DNA of 64,000 bases from a virus. Below, one piece after another: positions 33,831 through 43,097 of this stretch. Position 1 is the stretch's first letter. Every line of letters starts with the position of its first letter. The notes below the pieces were generated by a model. That model was not told where the DNA came from and ran no database searches. It was given only the letters and a program-made list of their open reading frames with translations. The position numbers were made by a program, and so were the translations under genes. The stretch covers positions 1-64,000 of IMG/VR virus record IMGVR_UViG_3300046559_000446; one strand, given 5' to 3'.

Positions 33831-35111
33831 ATGTCTGAGGACAGCAAAAAGTTTCGCGCCGCGATGCGCGCCAAGGCCGAGCGTTTGGGGACGGCCTCGT
33901 CCGCAGGCAAGGTCGACTGTTCAAGTTTTGGCGACGTCGAGCAGGATCCGATTCACGCCGATAAGGCTCAAGGCCCGCGCCCGCTATCGAGGCGAGCCTT
34001 CAAAAGCGGCGGCGCCGTCCTCGGCGCTGCGGGCTTCAAGCACGGCGGGCGCGCCGCGCGCAAAAGCGGCGGCATGGCCCAGGCTTTCGGCAACGCCATC
34101 TTCAACAGCAGCATCAAGACAGCCGACAACGATCGCGAAGGTCACGTCGAGCGCAAGGGCGGCATGAAGAGCGGCGGCAGGAGCGGCAAGTTTGGCGGCG
34201 GCGGCGCTGGGCCGATCGGCGGCCAGACTGCAATCACCAATCTGGCGGCGCAGGATGCGCAGAAGCCGATGGCGGCTGCGGCCCAGCAAGCTGGCGTTGG
34301 CGCGGACGGTCCCGTCAAAGCCACCGCCGGCGGCAGCGGCCATATGTTTGGCATGGCGAAGGGCGGTCACCCGCACAAGGCCGAAGACGAGAAGTGCGCC
34401 AAGAAGCTGGTCGCGCATCACAAGGCTGACGGCGGCCCGCTTCCGTCACCTGCCGACGCCGGTCCGCCTCCCGGCCCGCCCGAAGCGACGCCCGCCGGCG
34501 CAGAGCAAGGCCCCGACATCAAGGAGGCGTTGCTTGAGGCTCTGATGCACGAGCACAAAAAGTCGAAGAAGCACAAGAAGGGTCCGCCGATGCCGCCTCC
34601 GGATGACGAGGAAGCGGAAGCGGCCCCGCCTCCCGACGATCAAGCCGGCCCGCCTCCGGGCCTTGGCGCCAAGCGCGGCGGCAAGGCGCGCAAGGATGGC
34701 GGCGGCGTCTACGACCCCAACGTCAAGCTCGGTCCGCGCGATGGCTACGCCAGCGGCGGCAAGACCAAGGGCAAGACCAACATCAATATTATCATTGGCC
34801 AACCTGGTGGCGCCTCTCCTCCCGATGCCGGCGGCGGACCTCCTCCCCCGCTGGCAGGGCCGCCGCCGGGGCCGGGGGCGGTTCCTGTGCCGCCTCCCGC
34901 GCCCCCGCCTGGCTTGCCTCCGGGCGGCGCGATGGGCGGACCGCCTCCGGGCGCGCCGCCGCCAATGCCGATGCCGCCTCCGGGCGGGCCGATGGGCCGC
35001 AAGCACGGCGGTCGAGCGTATCCGATTGAGCATGCTTCTGGCGGCGGCAAGGGCCGTCTGGAGAAAATCAAGGCATATGGGCTGGTTCCGCCCAAGGGGA
35101 GGATGGGGTGA
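33831..35111 (+). CDS. Gly/Pro-rich, probably disordered virion-associated protein
   Basis: About 10 copies of an x-[KAS]-x-GG motif and poly-Pro tracts; GAAGGG RBS. Confidence 0.75.
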   Translation: MSEDSKKFRAAMRAKAERLGTASSAGKVDCSSFGDVEQDPIHADKAQGPRPLSRRAFKSGGAVLGAAGFKHGGRAARKSGGMAQAFGNAIFNSSIKTADNDREGHVERKGGMKSGGRSGKFGGGGAGPIGGQTAITNLAAQDAQKPMAAAAQQAGVGADGPVKATAGGSGHMFGMAKGGHPHKAEDEKCAKKLVAHHKADGGPLPSPADAGPPPGPPEATPAGAEQGPDIKEALLEALMHEHKKSKKHKKGPPMPPPDDEEAEAAPPPDDQAGPPPGLGAKRGGKARKDGGGVYDPNVKLGPRDGYASGGKTKGKTNINIIIGQPGGASPPDAGGGPPPPLAGPPPGPGAVPVPPPAPPPGLPPGGAMGGPPPGAPPPMPMPPPGGPMGRKHGGRAYPIEHASGGGKGRLEKIKAYGLVPPKGRMG

Positions 35112-35377
35112 ACATCGAAAAAACTGTAATCGACCATGCGCTTGTCATCGCTTTGGGGCTTCTGCTCCTGCTCTTCGCTTTTGCAGGCTTTATCATTTCC
35201 GCCCGCGCTCAGTCCATCGAAATTGGGCCGGGGGGCTTCTCGATTGGCCAGCAGCGTCACGGGCGCGGGCATGGCGAGGTGTGCGCGGAGTTGCGCCGCG
35301 CATGCATGTACAAGGAAGAGCGCGGTGAGGAAGGCATGGGAAACTGCCGTCGCTACCGCGAATCATGCCAATATTGA
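35108..35377 (+). CDS. Secreted/membrane-anchored 4-Cys protein
   Basis: Hydrophobic N-terminus ending ARA-Q; CAELRRAC..KEE.GE.G.GNCRRYRE.C. Confidence 0.7.
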   Translation: MNIEKTVIDHALVIALGLLLLLFAFAGFIISARAQSIEIGPGGFSIGQQRHGRGHGEVCAELRRACMYKEERGEEGMGNCRRYRESCQY

Positions 35378-35393
35378 ACAGGAGTGAAATCAG

Positions 35394-36122
35394 ATGGTCT
35401 TGCGTCATGTTGTAATTCGCGGAGTGGCCGATATCGGTGACGTGGTTCACCCCGCTGATCCCGGTTTTGGGCGTCCTGGCGGCGGCTGGAGTCCCGTTGA
35501 CCCCGGCTATGATCGCCCCAGCGGCGGCCATCCTGATCAAGGCCTCCCCGGCTACGGCCACCCCGATCAAGATCTGCCTGGCAGGCGCCCGCGTCCCGAC
35601 CAGGGTTTGCCTGGATACGGGCACCCGGATCAGGGCCTTCCCGGCTACGGGCATCCTGATCAAGGTCTTCCTGGCTATGGTCATCCGGATCAAGGACTAC
35701 CTGGTTATGGCCACCCCGATCAGGGTCTGCCTGGCTTGCCGGTTTATCCCAGTCAGGGACCGATTCTTCCAGCCGCTCCCGGCCATCCGATCCCCGTGCC
35801 GCGTGTGCCGGTGGTGCAGGTCATCCCGCTGCCCGAAGGCGCGGTGCTTCCGACTGAGCCTCCGCATCGCCCTGGCAGGATCGCCATCGTGGTCGAGGGC
35901 GAAACCAAGGCTGTCGGCTGGCTGCAGGGTTCGGATGACCTTCCGGTCGCCGCGCCCAAGGGCGAAGCGCCTGTCCCCGGCGGTCACTGGGTGGCGGTCG
36001 AAGTCAATCCGCAGGCAAGGCCCAAGAAATGCAGCGACGGCAGCGATGGCGTCGGCAAGACTGGCTTTGCCTGGGTGTTCGAAGTGAAGCCCGACTTTGG
36101 CACGGAGCCGACGTCGGTCTGA
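35394..36122 (+). CDS. Protein with GYGHPDQGLP decapeptide repeats
   Basis: About 7 copies; in-frame 30-bp tandem repeats. Confidence 0.75.
   Translation: MVLRHVVIRGVADIGDVVHPADPGFGRPGGGWSPVDPGYDRPSGGHPDQGLPGYGHPDQDLPGRRPRPDQGLPGYGHPDQGLPGYGHPDQGLPGYGHPDQGLPGYGHPDQGLPGLPVYPSQGPILPAAPGHPIPVPRVPVVQVIPLPEGAVLPTEPPHRPGRIAIVVEGETKAVGWLQGSDDLPVAAPKGEAPVPGGHWVAVEVNPQARPKKCSDGSDGVGKTGFAWVFEVKPDFGTEPTSV
35528..35735 (+). repeat. 30-bp coding tandem repeat
   Basis: GG(C/T)TA(C/T)GG.CA(C/T)CC.GATCA(A/G)GG.CT.CC. units. Confidence 0.8.
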
Positions 36123-36129
36123 AAACACA

Positions 36130-36166
36130 GAGGGCCGCTTCCAGTACATCCGTGGAAGCGGCCCTC
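36130..36166. terminator. Perfect 14-bp intergenic hairpin
   Basis: GAGGGCCGCTTCCA-N9-TGGAAGCGGCCCTC; no U-tract. Confidence 0.5.
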
Positions 36167-36227
36167 ATACCCTCGGTCGACACCTTGAGCTTGTCTTACA
36201 TCAGAAACAAATCAGGTTCAAGCCCCA

Positions 36228-36440
36228 ATGCAGACTTTTAAGAGCGTTTTTGCCGAAGAACTAAAGAAGCTCCTGCGCGAGCAGATCGAATCCGCCAAGA
36301 ACGACCTCGCATACGGCGCCAGCATCACGACTTTCGAAGCCTATCGCGAGGCCGTCGGCGTCATACGCGGCCTTAGCGCCGCCATCGATACCGTCGATGA
36401 CGCCGAGCAGAAGGCCAACGATCGCGAGCGCGGCCTCTAA
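36228..36440 (+). CDS. Conserved head-module hypothetical protein (70 aa)
   Basis: L..G.....E.YRE.VG.IRGL pattern. Confidence 0.7.
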   Translation: MQTFKSVFAEELKKLLREQIESAKNDLAYGASITTFEAYREAVGVIRGLSAAIDTVDDAEQKANDRERGL

Positions 36441-36497
36441 ATTCTGTTGTCAGCACACTGACAGTGTGCGAGTAATTGTGCGTCACAGGAGACGCGC

Positions 36498-36884
36498 ATG
36501 GCCTTTGCTTCGATGTTGCACGAGGAAGATCCGGTCCAGAAGGTGCTGAAGGAGCTTGGCGACCTGTCAGGGGTCGAAATTTTCCACAATCAATTGCTCG
36601 CTGCGGTCTACATCAGGCCCGATAAAACCAAGAGCGGCCTGTTCCTGGCCCAGCAGACCCTCAACGAGGATCGTTTTCAGTCCAAATTGGGCCTTGTCGT
36701 CAAGAAAGGCCCGCAGGCCTTCATCAGCGGCGGCGAATGGCAGTTCCCTGACATCGAACTGCATGACTGGATCCTGTTTCGCCCCTCGGACGGCTGGAAC
36801 ATCACCGTCAATGGCGTCCTGTGCCGCATCCTGACCGACACGGCCATCAAGGGGCGCATTGCGACGCCCGATCTCATCTGGTGA
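36498..36884 (+). CDS. groES: GroES-like co-chaperonin
   Basis: Mobile loop KTKSGLFLA, GLVVKKGP.AF, ..GD/HDWILF, CRILTD..I.G. Confidence 0.8.
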   Translation: MAFASMLHEEDPVQKVLKELGDLSGVEIFHNQLLAAVYIRPDKTKSGLFLAQQTLNEDRFQSKLGLVVKKGPQAFISGGEWQFPDIELHDWILFRPSDGWNITVNGVLCRILTDTAIKGRIATPDLIW

Positions 36885-36889
36885 GCGAC

Positions 36890-37747
36890 ATGGCGAAAGA
36901 TCCGAATAGTATCCCGGCCTTCGACCCGAACACCGACTGGGAGCACGGCGGCAAGGAAGAGCGCGATCCACTGGTCGAACTGCGGGCGCAACTCGATCGC
37001 GAGCGCGCCGCGCGCATCCAGGCTGAAAATCGGGCCAACGAATACGCGACCACCGCGCACGGCGCTCAGGTTGAAGTGGCCGACAACGAGCTTAAACTGG
37101 TGGTCAGCGCGATCGAGCGGGTCAAGGAGCACACCAACGCCCTGAAAGCCGCTTACGCCGAGTCGTTACGCAACCAGGATTACGACAACGCAGCCGAATT
37201 TCAGGTTCAGCTTGCCGACAATGCAGCGGCGCTGCGGCAGCTTGAAAACGGCAAGGCGTCAATGGAGGCGCAGCCCAAGCCTGTGGCGCCGCAGCCGATC
37301 AAGATGAGCATCGATCCCGTCGAGGAACTGGCGAGCCAACTGACGGCGAAGTCCGCCGCCTGGGTCCGCGCCCATCCCGAATGCGCCCGCGATCCGAAGC
37401 TTTACGCCAAAATGGTCGCGGCCCACAATATTACGGTTTCGCGCGACATCGATCCCGACACGGACGACTATTTCCGCTCAGTGGAGGCGCTCGTTTACGA
37501 CAGGCCCGCAGATCGCGAACGCGATCTCGACACTGGCGCTGATGATCCGCAGGCCGCGTCCGCCAAGGCTGCGCCGCAGCGTGAATCGGCCCCGCCGGCG
37601 GCTGCGCCTGTCAGTCGCGGATCGAGTGGCAGGAGCGCCACGCTGACGCCGCTTGAGCGCGAATACGCCGAGATTTCAGGCATGTCCGAGCAGGACTACG
37701 CCAAGGCGCGTGACGACATTCGCAAGAACCAGGGCCGCCTGCATTAA
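36890..37747 (+). CDS. Capsid scaffolding protein (probable)
   Basis: Coiled coil, AAPVS, LTPLEREYA..SGMS...YAK; located upstream of the capsid genes. Confidence 0.7.
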   Translation: MAKDPNSIPAFDPNTDWEHGGKEERDPLVELRAQLDRERAARIQAENRANEYATTAHGAQVEVADNELKLVVSAIERVKEHTNALKAAYAESLRNQDYDNAAEFQVQLADNAAALRQLENGKASMEAQPKPVAPQPIKMSIDPVEELASQLTAKSAAWVRAHPECARDPKLYAKMVAAHNITVSRDIDPDTDDYFRSVEALVYDRPADRERDLDTGADDPQAASAKAAPQRESAPPAAAPVSRGSSGRSATLTPLEREYAEISGMSEQDYAKARDDIRKNQGRLH

Positions 37748-37757
37748 GGAAACACCA

Positions 37758-38336
37758 ATGGTCAACCGTCCGCCTCCGCAGCGTTTCACCAGCCCCAGTC
37801 GCGAAGAGCCGGCTATCCAGCCGCCTTCTTTTATCGAGCGTCCGCCGCTTCGCCAGCCCGTCGAAACCTCGATGGACCGCGCCGCCCGGCGCACCCTCGA
37901 ATTGCGCGGCCACTTCACTAACGGCGTTCTCGACGAAGGCGCCGATGAATTTTACATCAACCCTGCGATCATTCCTGAAGGGTGGTCATACGAGTGGAAG
38001 CTGTATTCGGTCCTCGGTGAAGAGCAGGGGTCGTACCAGGTCACCCTGGCCCGCACGGGCTGGGAGCCGGTGCCGTCCGATCGGCACCCTGAGTTGATGC
38101 CTCGCAACACCAAGGAAAAGACCGTGATGCGGCGCGGCATGCAGCTTATGGAGCGCCCGCTCGAAATTACGCTGGAGGCCAAGCAGCTTGAGCGCGACAA
38201 GGCCCGCCGTCAGGTTCGCATCAAGGAAGAGCAGCTTACTGCGGCGCCTCCGGGCCAGTTTGGGCGCGACAACAAGGGTGAACCCTTGACCCGCCTTGGC
38301 AAGTCTTACGAGGCTATGCCGGTGCCGAATAGCTGA
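37758..38336 (+). CDS. Conserved head-module hypothetical protein
   Basis: IPEGWSYEW, GWEPV...HPEL, GMQLMERP; AAGGAA RBS. Confidence 0.75.
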   Translation: MVNRPPPQRFTSPSREEPAIQPPSFIERPPLRQPVETSMDRAARRTLELRGHFTNGVLDEGADEFYINPAIIPEGWSYEWKLYSVLGEEQGSYQVTLARTGWEPVPSDRHPELMPRNTKEKTVMRRGMQLMERPLEITLEAKQLERDKARRQVRIKEEQLTAAPPGQFGRDNKGEPLTRLGKSYEAMPVPNS

Positions 38337-38342
38337 CGACGC

Positions 38343-38372
38343 TTGACGACGTCGTATTTTTGGATGTACAAA
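38343..38372 (+). promoter_or_regulatory. Putative promoter of the capsid operon
   Basis: TTGACG-N18-TACAAA. Confidence 0.45.
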
Positions 38373-38475
38373 ACGAGTACCCGCTTCTCCCCGCTGTGAG
38401 AAGCTGTATTTTTCGGACCTCCCCTAGCCCCCGGTGTGGCATAGCAGGTCTTCCTTGAAAGAGGAGGGTTTTGCC

Positions 38476-39075
38476 GTGGCCAACACCAATGCTCCCTTTG
38501 GCTTCCGTCAGGTTCAGGGCTTGGGCAGCGCCCCGACCTACGAACAGGTCGAAGTTGTCGTCCAGTACAATGCCGGCGCCATTTACTTTGGCGACCCCGT
38601 GGCGGCTCTTGCCGACGGCACTGTCGCCGCTGCGCCGACCACCGCCGGTACGCCCCCGCCGCCCATCGCCGGCATTTTCCAGGGCTGCAAGTATCTTTCC
38701 GTTTCGCAGAAGCGCACCGTCTGGTCAAACTACTGGCCCGGTAGCGATGTTGCGTCGGGCAACCTGGTGACCGCGTACATCATCAACGATCCGCATGCCA
38801 AGTTCATTGCGCAGACGGATGGCACGGGCGCTGCCCTCACGGACGTGAATGCAACCGTCGGCTTCAATATCGGCGCTGGCAATCCGGCCAACGGCATGTC
38901 TGGCGCGTACCTCATTCCGGCCACCGCGCCAAGCATTGTTGGCAACCCGTTCACCGTCTTTGGCATCGTCCAGGCTCCCCCCGGCTCCGCTGGCACTCTC
39001 GCCAACGGTCAGCCTTACGACTGGGCCATCGTCGGTTTCAACAACGTCCAGACCAAGATCGTCACCGGCATCTGA
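38476..39075 (+). CDS. Capsid-associated (decoration/minor capsid) protein
   Basis: GAGGAGG RBS, GTG start; MANTNAPFGFR...I.FGDPV...GIFQGC.Y. Confidence 0.75.
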   Translation: MANTNAPFGFRQVQGLGSAPTYEQVEVVVQYNAGAIYFGDPVAALADGTVAAAPTTAGTPPPPIAGIFQGCKYLSVSQKRTVWSNYWPGSDVASGNLVTAYIINDPHAKFIAQTDGTGAALTDVNATVGFNIGAGNPANGMSGAYLIPATAPSIVGNPFTVFGIVQAPPGSAGTLANGQPYDWAIVGFNNVQTKIVTGI

Positions 39076-39104
39076 TCCGGCCATAGCAACAGGAGTAGAC
39101 CGTC

Positions 39105-40019
39105 ATGGCCGTCAATCTTAGCGCCATCAAAGACCTCCTTCTCCCCGGTTTGCGCGGGATCGAGGGCAAGTACGAGATGATTCCGTCTCAGTACGACAAG
39201 ATCTTTACGAAGCACAATTCAAAGATGGCGTTGGAGCGCACGGCTGAAATGCGCTACCTGGGCCTCGCCGCCCTGAAGACTGAAGGCGGCCAGACTCAGT
39301 TCGACAACGGCGCCGGCGAACGCTACGTGTACAATCAGGAACACGTCGAGATCGGCCTCGGCTACGCGATGACCCGCAAGGCCATCGACGACAACCTCTA
39401 TAAGACCCAGTTCCATCCGTCGAACCTCGGCCTGATCGAATCTTTCCAGCAGACCAAGGAAATCTACGGCGCCAATGTGCTGAACACGGCGCAGACCTAT
39501 CTGTCGACGATCGGCGGCGACGGCAAGGCGCTCTGTGCGGTCGATCATCCGATCGACGCCGGCCTCGTTGGCAATACGCCGGCGGTGCAAGTTGATCTGG
39601 GCGAATCGACCTTGCTCAACAGCATGATCGGCGTCCGGACTAATTTCAAAGACCAGGCCGGCTTGAAGGTTTTCGCCCGCGCGCGGAAGTTGATCATCCC
39701 GCCGCAACTGGAACCGGTAGCAATTCGTCTTCTCAAGACAGAATTGCGCCCAGGCACGGCAGATAATGATGTCAATGCAATCCTCTCGGCAAGTGGAGGC
39801 TTGACCGAAAACTTCATGGTCAATGACTTCTTGACCTCGCCCTTCGCCTGGTTCCTTCTGACAAATATCGATGGTCTTTCCTTCATGGAAAGAATAAAGT
39901 TCGAAACCGACATGCAAGTCGATTTCGTGACCGATAATCTATTGGTCAAAGGTTACGAGAGGTATTCGTTCGGTTACTACAACTGGCGAGCCGTCTACGG
40001 CAACTTCCCGACCTCGTAA
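39105..40019 (+). CDS. Major capsid protein (HK97 fold, Mu gpT-like)
   Basis: 304 aa; LLPGL, GYA.TRKAIDDNLY, GGDGKALCA.DHP, KLIIPPQL, ERYSFGYYNWRAVYG. Confidence 0.88.
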   Translation: MAVNLSAIKDLLLPGLRGIEGKYEMIPSQYDKIFTKHNSKMALERTAEMRYLGLAALKTEGGQTQFDNGAGERYVYNQEHVEIGLGYAMTRKAIDDNLYKTQFHPSNLGLIESFQQTKEIYGANVLNTAQTYLSTIGGDGKALCAVDHPIDAGLVGNTPAVQVDLGESTLLNSMIGVRTNFKDQAGLKVFARARKLIIPPQLEPVAIRLLKTELRPGTADNDVNAILSASGGLTENFMVNDFLTSPFAWFLLTNIDGLSFMERIKFETDMQVDFVTDNLLVKGYERYSFGYYNWRAVYGNFPTS

Positions 40020-40043
40020 TACTGGCTCAGAAGGAGAAAGCAC

Positions 40044-40493
40044 ATGGGTGCGACACACTTCACGGGGCCGGTTATTGTAGGCGACCCTGCTGCGGGGACT
40101 CAAGGCGAGATCGAGTGCTATCAGGACATCATCATCCTGAACCCCGGTCCCGGTAACCAAGACTACGCGCTCAACATCCCGCCTGGCTCGGTGATCATGG
40201 GCTTCGAAGTCGCCACATTCACGGCATGGAACTCGGCTACCTCCGCGTCCATGACGATTGGCAATGTGGTTGGCGGCGCGCAATATGTCGGCGCCACCGA
40301 TCTGAAGGCGGCGGCGCCCTTCCCCGCCATGACGCAGACGGCGGCGAACATCGCTGCCCAGCGCGGCTATACGGCGGCGGGCGCGGCTGCGCCGGTCACT
40401 GGGCCGATCAACATTCGTGTTGCCTCGGTTGGCGCGGGCATTATCGGCTCCGCGCTGGTGTCGGTTCATTATGTCCAGGTGGCGACACCTTGA
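40044..40493 (+). CDS. Structural protein (head decoration-like)
   Basis: MGATHFTGPV start; IPPGS.I..F beta-rich. Confidence 0.7.
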   Translation: MGATHFTGPVIVGDPAAGTQGEIECYQDIIILNPGPGNQDYALNIPPGSVIMGFEVATFTAWNSATSASMTIGNVVGGAQYVGATDLKAAAPFPAMTQTAANIAAQRGYTAAGAAAPVTGPINIRVASVGAGIIGSALVSVHYVQVATP

Positions 40494-40505
40494 TCGGAGG
40501 CTTCA

Positions 40506-40751
40506 ATGGCAAAAGCTGGCAAGAACCCCGCTTTCGATAGCGGCAACAAGGATGTCAAGGAAGAGGCCGAAGAGAAGGGCGGCGGCAAGCAGACCAAAAA
40601 GCGCGTAGGCGGGCCGGTTGGCGCGTCTGCTCATTCGCATGGCGGTCGAGCGGCTCGCAAGAGCGGCGGCTCCTGCGAAAACCATCTGTTCTCGTCAGCC
40701 AATGCGGGTTCGCCCGCGCCTGGCCGGAAGATGATGTCGAAGAAGGTCTGA
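40506..40751 (+). CDS. Small basic protein with GG motifs
   Basis: KRVGGPV, RKSGGS. Confidence 0.65.
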   Translation: MAKAGKNPAFDSGNKDVKEEAEEKGGGKQTKKRVGGPVGASAHSHGGRAARKSGGSCENHLFSSANAGSPAPGRKMMSKKV

Positions 40752-40755
40752 CGCC

Positions 40756-41427
40756 ATGCGGCCAATTGTCGTCACTGCTGCGCCGCTTGCTGCGCTCGTT
40801 ACGAACGGCATCTGCCTGTCGCAGACGCCGACGGCTGGTCCGCTGGCCCTGAATGGATCGCTGGTCGTCAATGGCGTTGTTGTTCTCGATCAGGCGCGCC
40901 AGATCGCCTTTGCCTCCACGGGCAACAATTCGAACACCACCTTCACGATCACCGGCACCGACGCCTTTGGCGCGACCCAAAGCGAAAGCCTTGTCGGCGG
41001 CAATATCGCCACGATCGTCACCACCAAAAACTACAAGACCGTGACTTCGATCACCAGTTCGGCAGCGAGCGTGGCGGGCTTGACCGTCGGCACCAACTCC
41101 AGCCCGGCGGTCACCTCGTCGCAATGGGTGCGCTTCGACGATTCCGGCAACCCCGGCGTTTCGATCCAGATCAGTTCGGCTGGAGCATCGAACATCACGG
41201 TCCAGCAAACCCTGGATGATCCCAACAGCCCGACCAATCCGGTTCTGCCGGCCAACGTAATTTGGGCGCCGCATCCCGACGCCACGCTGGTCGCTGCCGC
41301 TATGATCAATGGCGCGGTGCTGCAGGGCAATTACGCTTACAAGCCGGTCTTCGCGCGCGTCCTGCTCAACAGCGGCGTCGGAACGGCGACGGCCACCTTC
41401 ATCCAGTCGGGCGGGGCCGATTACTGA
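40756..41427 (+). CDS. Structural protein (beta-rich)
   Basis: Thr/Ser-rich; FTITGTD..G...SE.L.G. Confidence 0.7.
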   Translation: MRPIVVTAAPLAALVTNGICLSQTPTAGPLALNGSLVVNGVVVLDQARQIAFASTGNNSNTTFTITGTDAFGATQSESLVGGNIATIVTTKNYKTVTSITSSAASVAGLTVGTNSSPAVTSSQWVRFDDSGNPGVSIQISSAGASNITVQQTLDDPNSPTNPVLPANVIWAPHPDATLVAAAMINGAVLQGNYAYKPVFARVLLNSGVGTATATFIQSGGADY

Positions 41428-41813
41428 TGCCTCCCCCCGGCCTATCAAATGGCCACAACAAGCTGGCCTCGCATCCCGGCCTCACTGGCACTACGGGCCT
41501 CGGAGCGAGTGGCGGGTTCTCAGGGTTGATGGCGCCTCTCCTCCTCGATGAAACTCTGACCGTCGAACTTCCAGTCTTCACCAACCAGAAGATCGGCCAG
41601 GCGCGGAACTGGGGCGATGCCGCCGACAAGTTTGACATTGTTTCGATCGTGCCGCCCGTCGCTGGCGAATATTTCAGCATTAATAAAGCGGGCGAGCTTC
41701 ACGTTACGCGCCTCGGCGTTTTGCACATCCGCAGGCGCGAGTATCTCTTGACGGTCGAAGCTGATAATGTCGTCGGGTCAGGGCGCGCAGTCATCACGAT
41801 CAAAGTGGTGTAG
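41427..41813 (+). CDS. Small structural protein with cadherin/Ig-like C-terminus
   Basis: TGATG overlap; YFSIN..GEL.V...Y.LTVEADN..G.G...ITIKVV. Confidence 0.6.
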   Translation: MPPPGLSNGHNKLASHPGLTGTTGLGASGGFSGLMAPLLLDETLTVELPVFTNQKIGQARNWGDAADKFDIVSIVPPVAGEYFSINKAGELHVTRLGVLHIRRREYLLTVEADNVVGSGRAVITIKVV

Positions 41814-41836
41814 CTGCCCCATCGTAGGGGGTTCGC

Positions 41837-42520
41837 ATGACTTACGGCGACAAATATAGCTTTGCTTTGGGCCTTAGCGACGTCACCCTCTATGCGTTTG
41901 GTTTGTGCGGCATCAGGCGCACCGCAGTCCTCCAGGAACACATGGCCGACGCCTACATCGCGGCCAATCTTCTTCTGGCCGACTGGTCGACCAAGGGCGT
42001 CAATCTCTGGCAGGTTTCCCAGATCTCGATCATCTTGAGCAAGGGCGCCGGGGTCTATGACGTTCCGCTTGAAGCGATCGTCATGCTCGACACCTTCGTG
42101 ACGGTCGACGGCAGGGACCGCATCATGCTGCCGATCAGCCGCACCGAATATGCGAGCTACCCCAACAAGGACCAGCCTGGCGTCCCGACCACCTTCTGGA
42201 TGGATCGCCAGCTTCCAGGACGCGGCAGTCTCAGCATCTGGCCAGTGCCGGATCGCGACGGCTACACCCTGACCTATCACTATCTGACGCAGGCGCTGAA
42301 CTCAGAATTTCTCAACGACCAGCAGCCGCCGGTCCCGCCAGAATGGCTCTACGCCTTCGCCACCGGCCTGGCCGAGAAGCTGGCGATGTCATGGGCGCCA
42401 GAGCGCCTGGCCTTCCTTTCGCCCATTGCCGAAAAGGCCTATGATACCGCCTCGCGCAGCGGCGTGGAGACGGCGACCCAGTACATCAGCCCGCAGATCG
42501 GCGGTTACTTCAGGAATTGA
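41837..42520 (+). CDS. Head-tail adaptor protein
   Basis: ANLLLADWSTKGVNLW, ISRTEYA.YPNK...G.PT.FW, IWPVPD, EWLYAF..GLA. Confidence 0.75.
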   Translation: MTYGDKYSFALGLSDVTLYAFGLCGIRRTAVLQEHMADAYIAANLLLADWSTKGVNLWQVSQISIILSKGAGVYDVPLEAIVMLDTFVTVDGRDRIMLPISRTEYASYPNKDQPGVPTTFWMDRQLPGRGSLSIWPVPDRDGYTLTYHYLTQALNSEFLNDQQPPVPPEWLYAFATGLAEKLAMSWAPERLAFLSPIAEKAYDTASRSGVETATQYISPQIGGYFRN

Positions 42521-42530
42521 GGAGTGAGCC

Positions 42531-43097
42531 GTGGGCTACGCATCGAAGCTCGGCAGAGCGAGGATTAACTCCCGCAATCCGCAGGCGGCGGCGGTGTGCG
42601 ATCGATGCGGCTTCGTCTTCAATCATGTCGATCTTCAGTGGCAGTTTGACTATGCCGGCGCTTCGATGATCAACAAGCGCATCCTCATTTGCAACAGTTG
42701 CCTCGATACGCCACAGCAGCAGCTTCGCGCGATCGTCCTCCCTGCCGATCCGATGCCGATCATTAATCCGCGTCCGCAGGAATATCACGTAGCAGAGGCG
42801 AATGTGCGCGTGACGACCAATCGCTACGTGCCAGACGGCAAGACCGGCATCCCGGTTCCGGATCTCAATCCGCCGCCCACGGCGGACGGTCAGCCCACCC
42901 AGCCGGCGGGGACGACGCGCATCACGCAGGTTGAAGACACTCGCGTCACGCAGCAGACCGGCGTACCGGCGGGAAGCCGCAATCAGCAAGCGGGCTATGA
43001 TCCGAATGCTCCTGGCGCTGACAAGCCGGGCCTGCCTTATGACAATGATCCGCCGCCACCGCCGATGCATGTTCCAGACACGGGGCCGCTCAAATAA
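42531..43097 (+). CDS. Conserved virion-module protein with CxxC motifs
   Basis: A.AVCDRCGF, ILICNSCLD.PQ.QL, DP.PI.NPRP. Confidence 0.7.
   Translation: MGYASKLGRARINSRNPQAAAVCDRCGFVFNHVDLQWQFDYAGASMINKRILICNSCLDTPQQQLRAIVLPADPMPIINPRPQEYHVAEANVRVTTNRYVPDGKTGIPVPDLNPPPTADGQPTQPAGTTRITQVEDTRVTQQTGVPAGSRNQQAGYDPNAPGADKPGLPYDNDPPPPPMHVPDTGPLK

Noticed and set aside
35528-35735. 30-bp repeats as a CRISPR array
   Set aside because: Units abut with no spacers, are in frame and vary at synonymous positions, so this is a coding repeat
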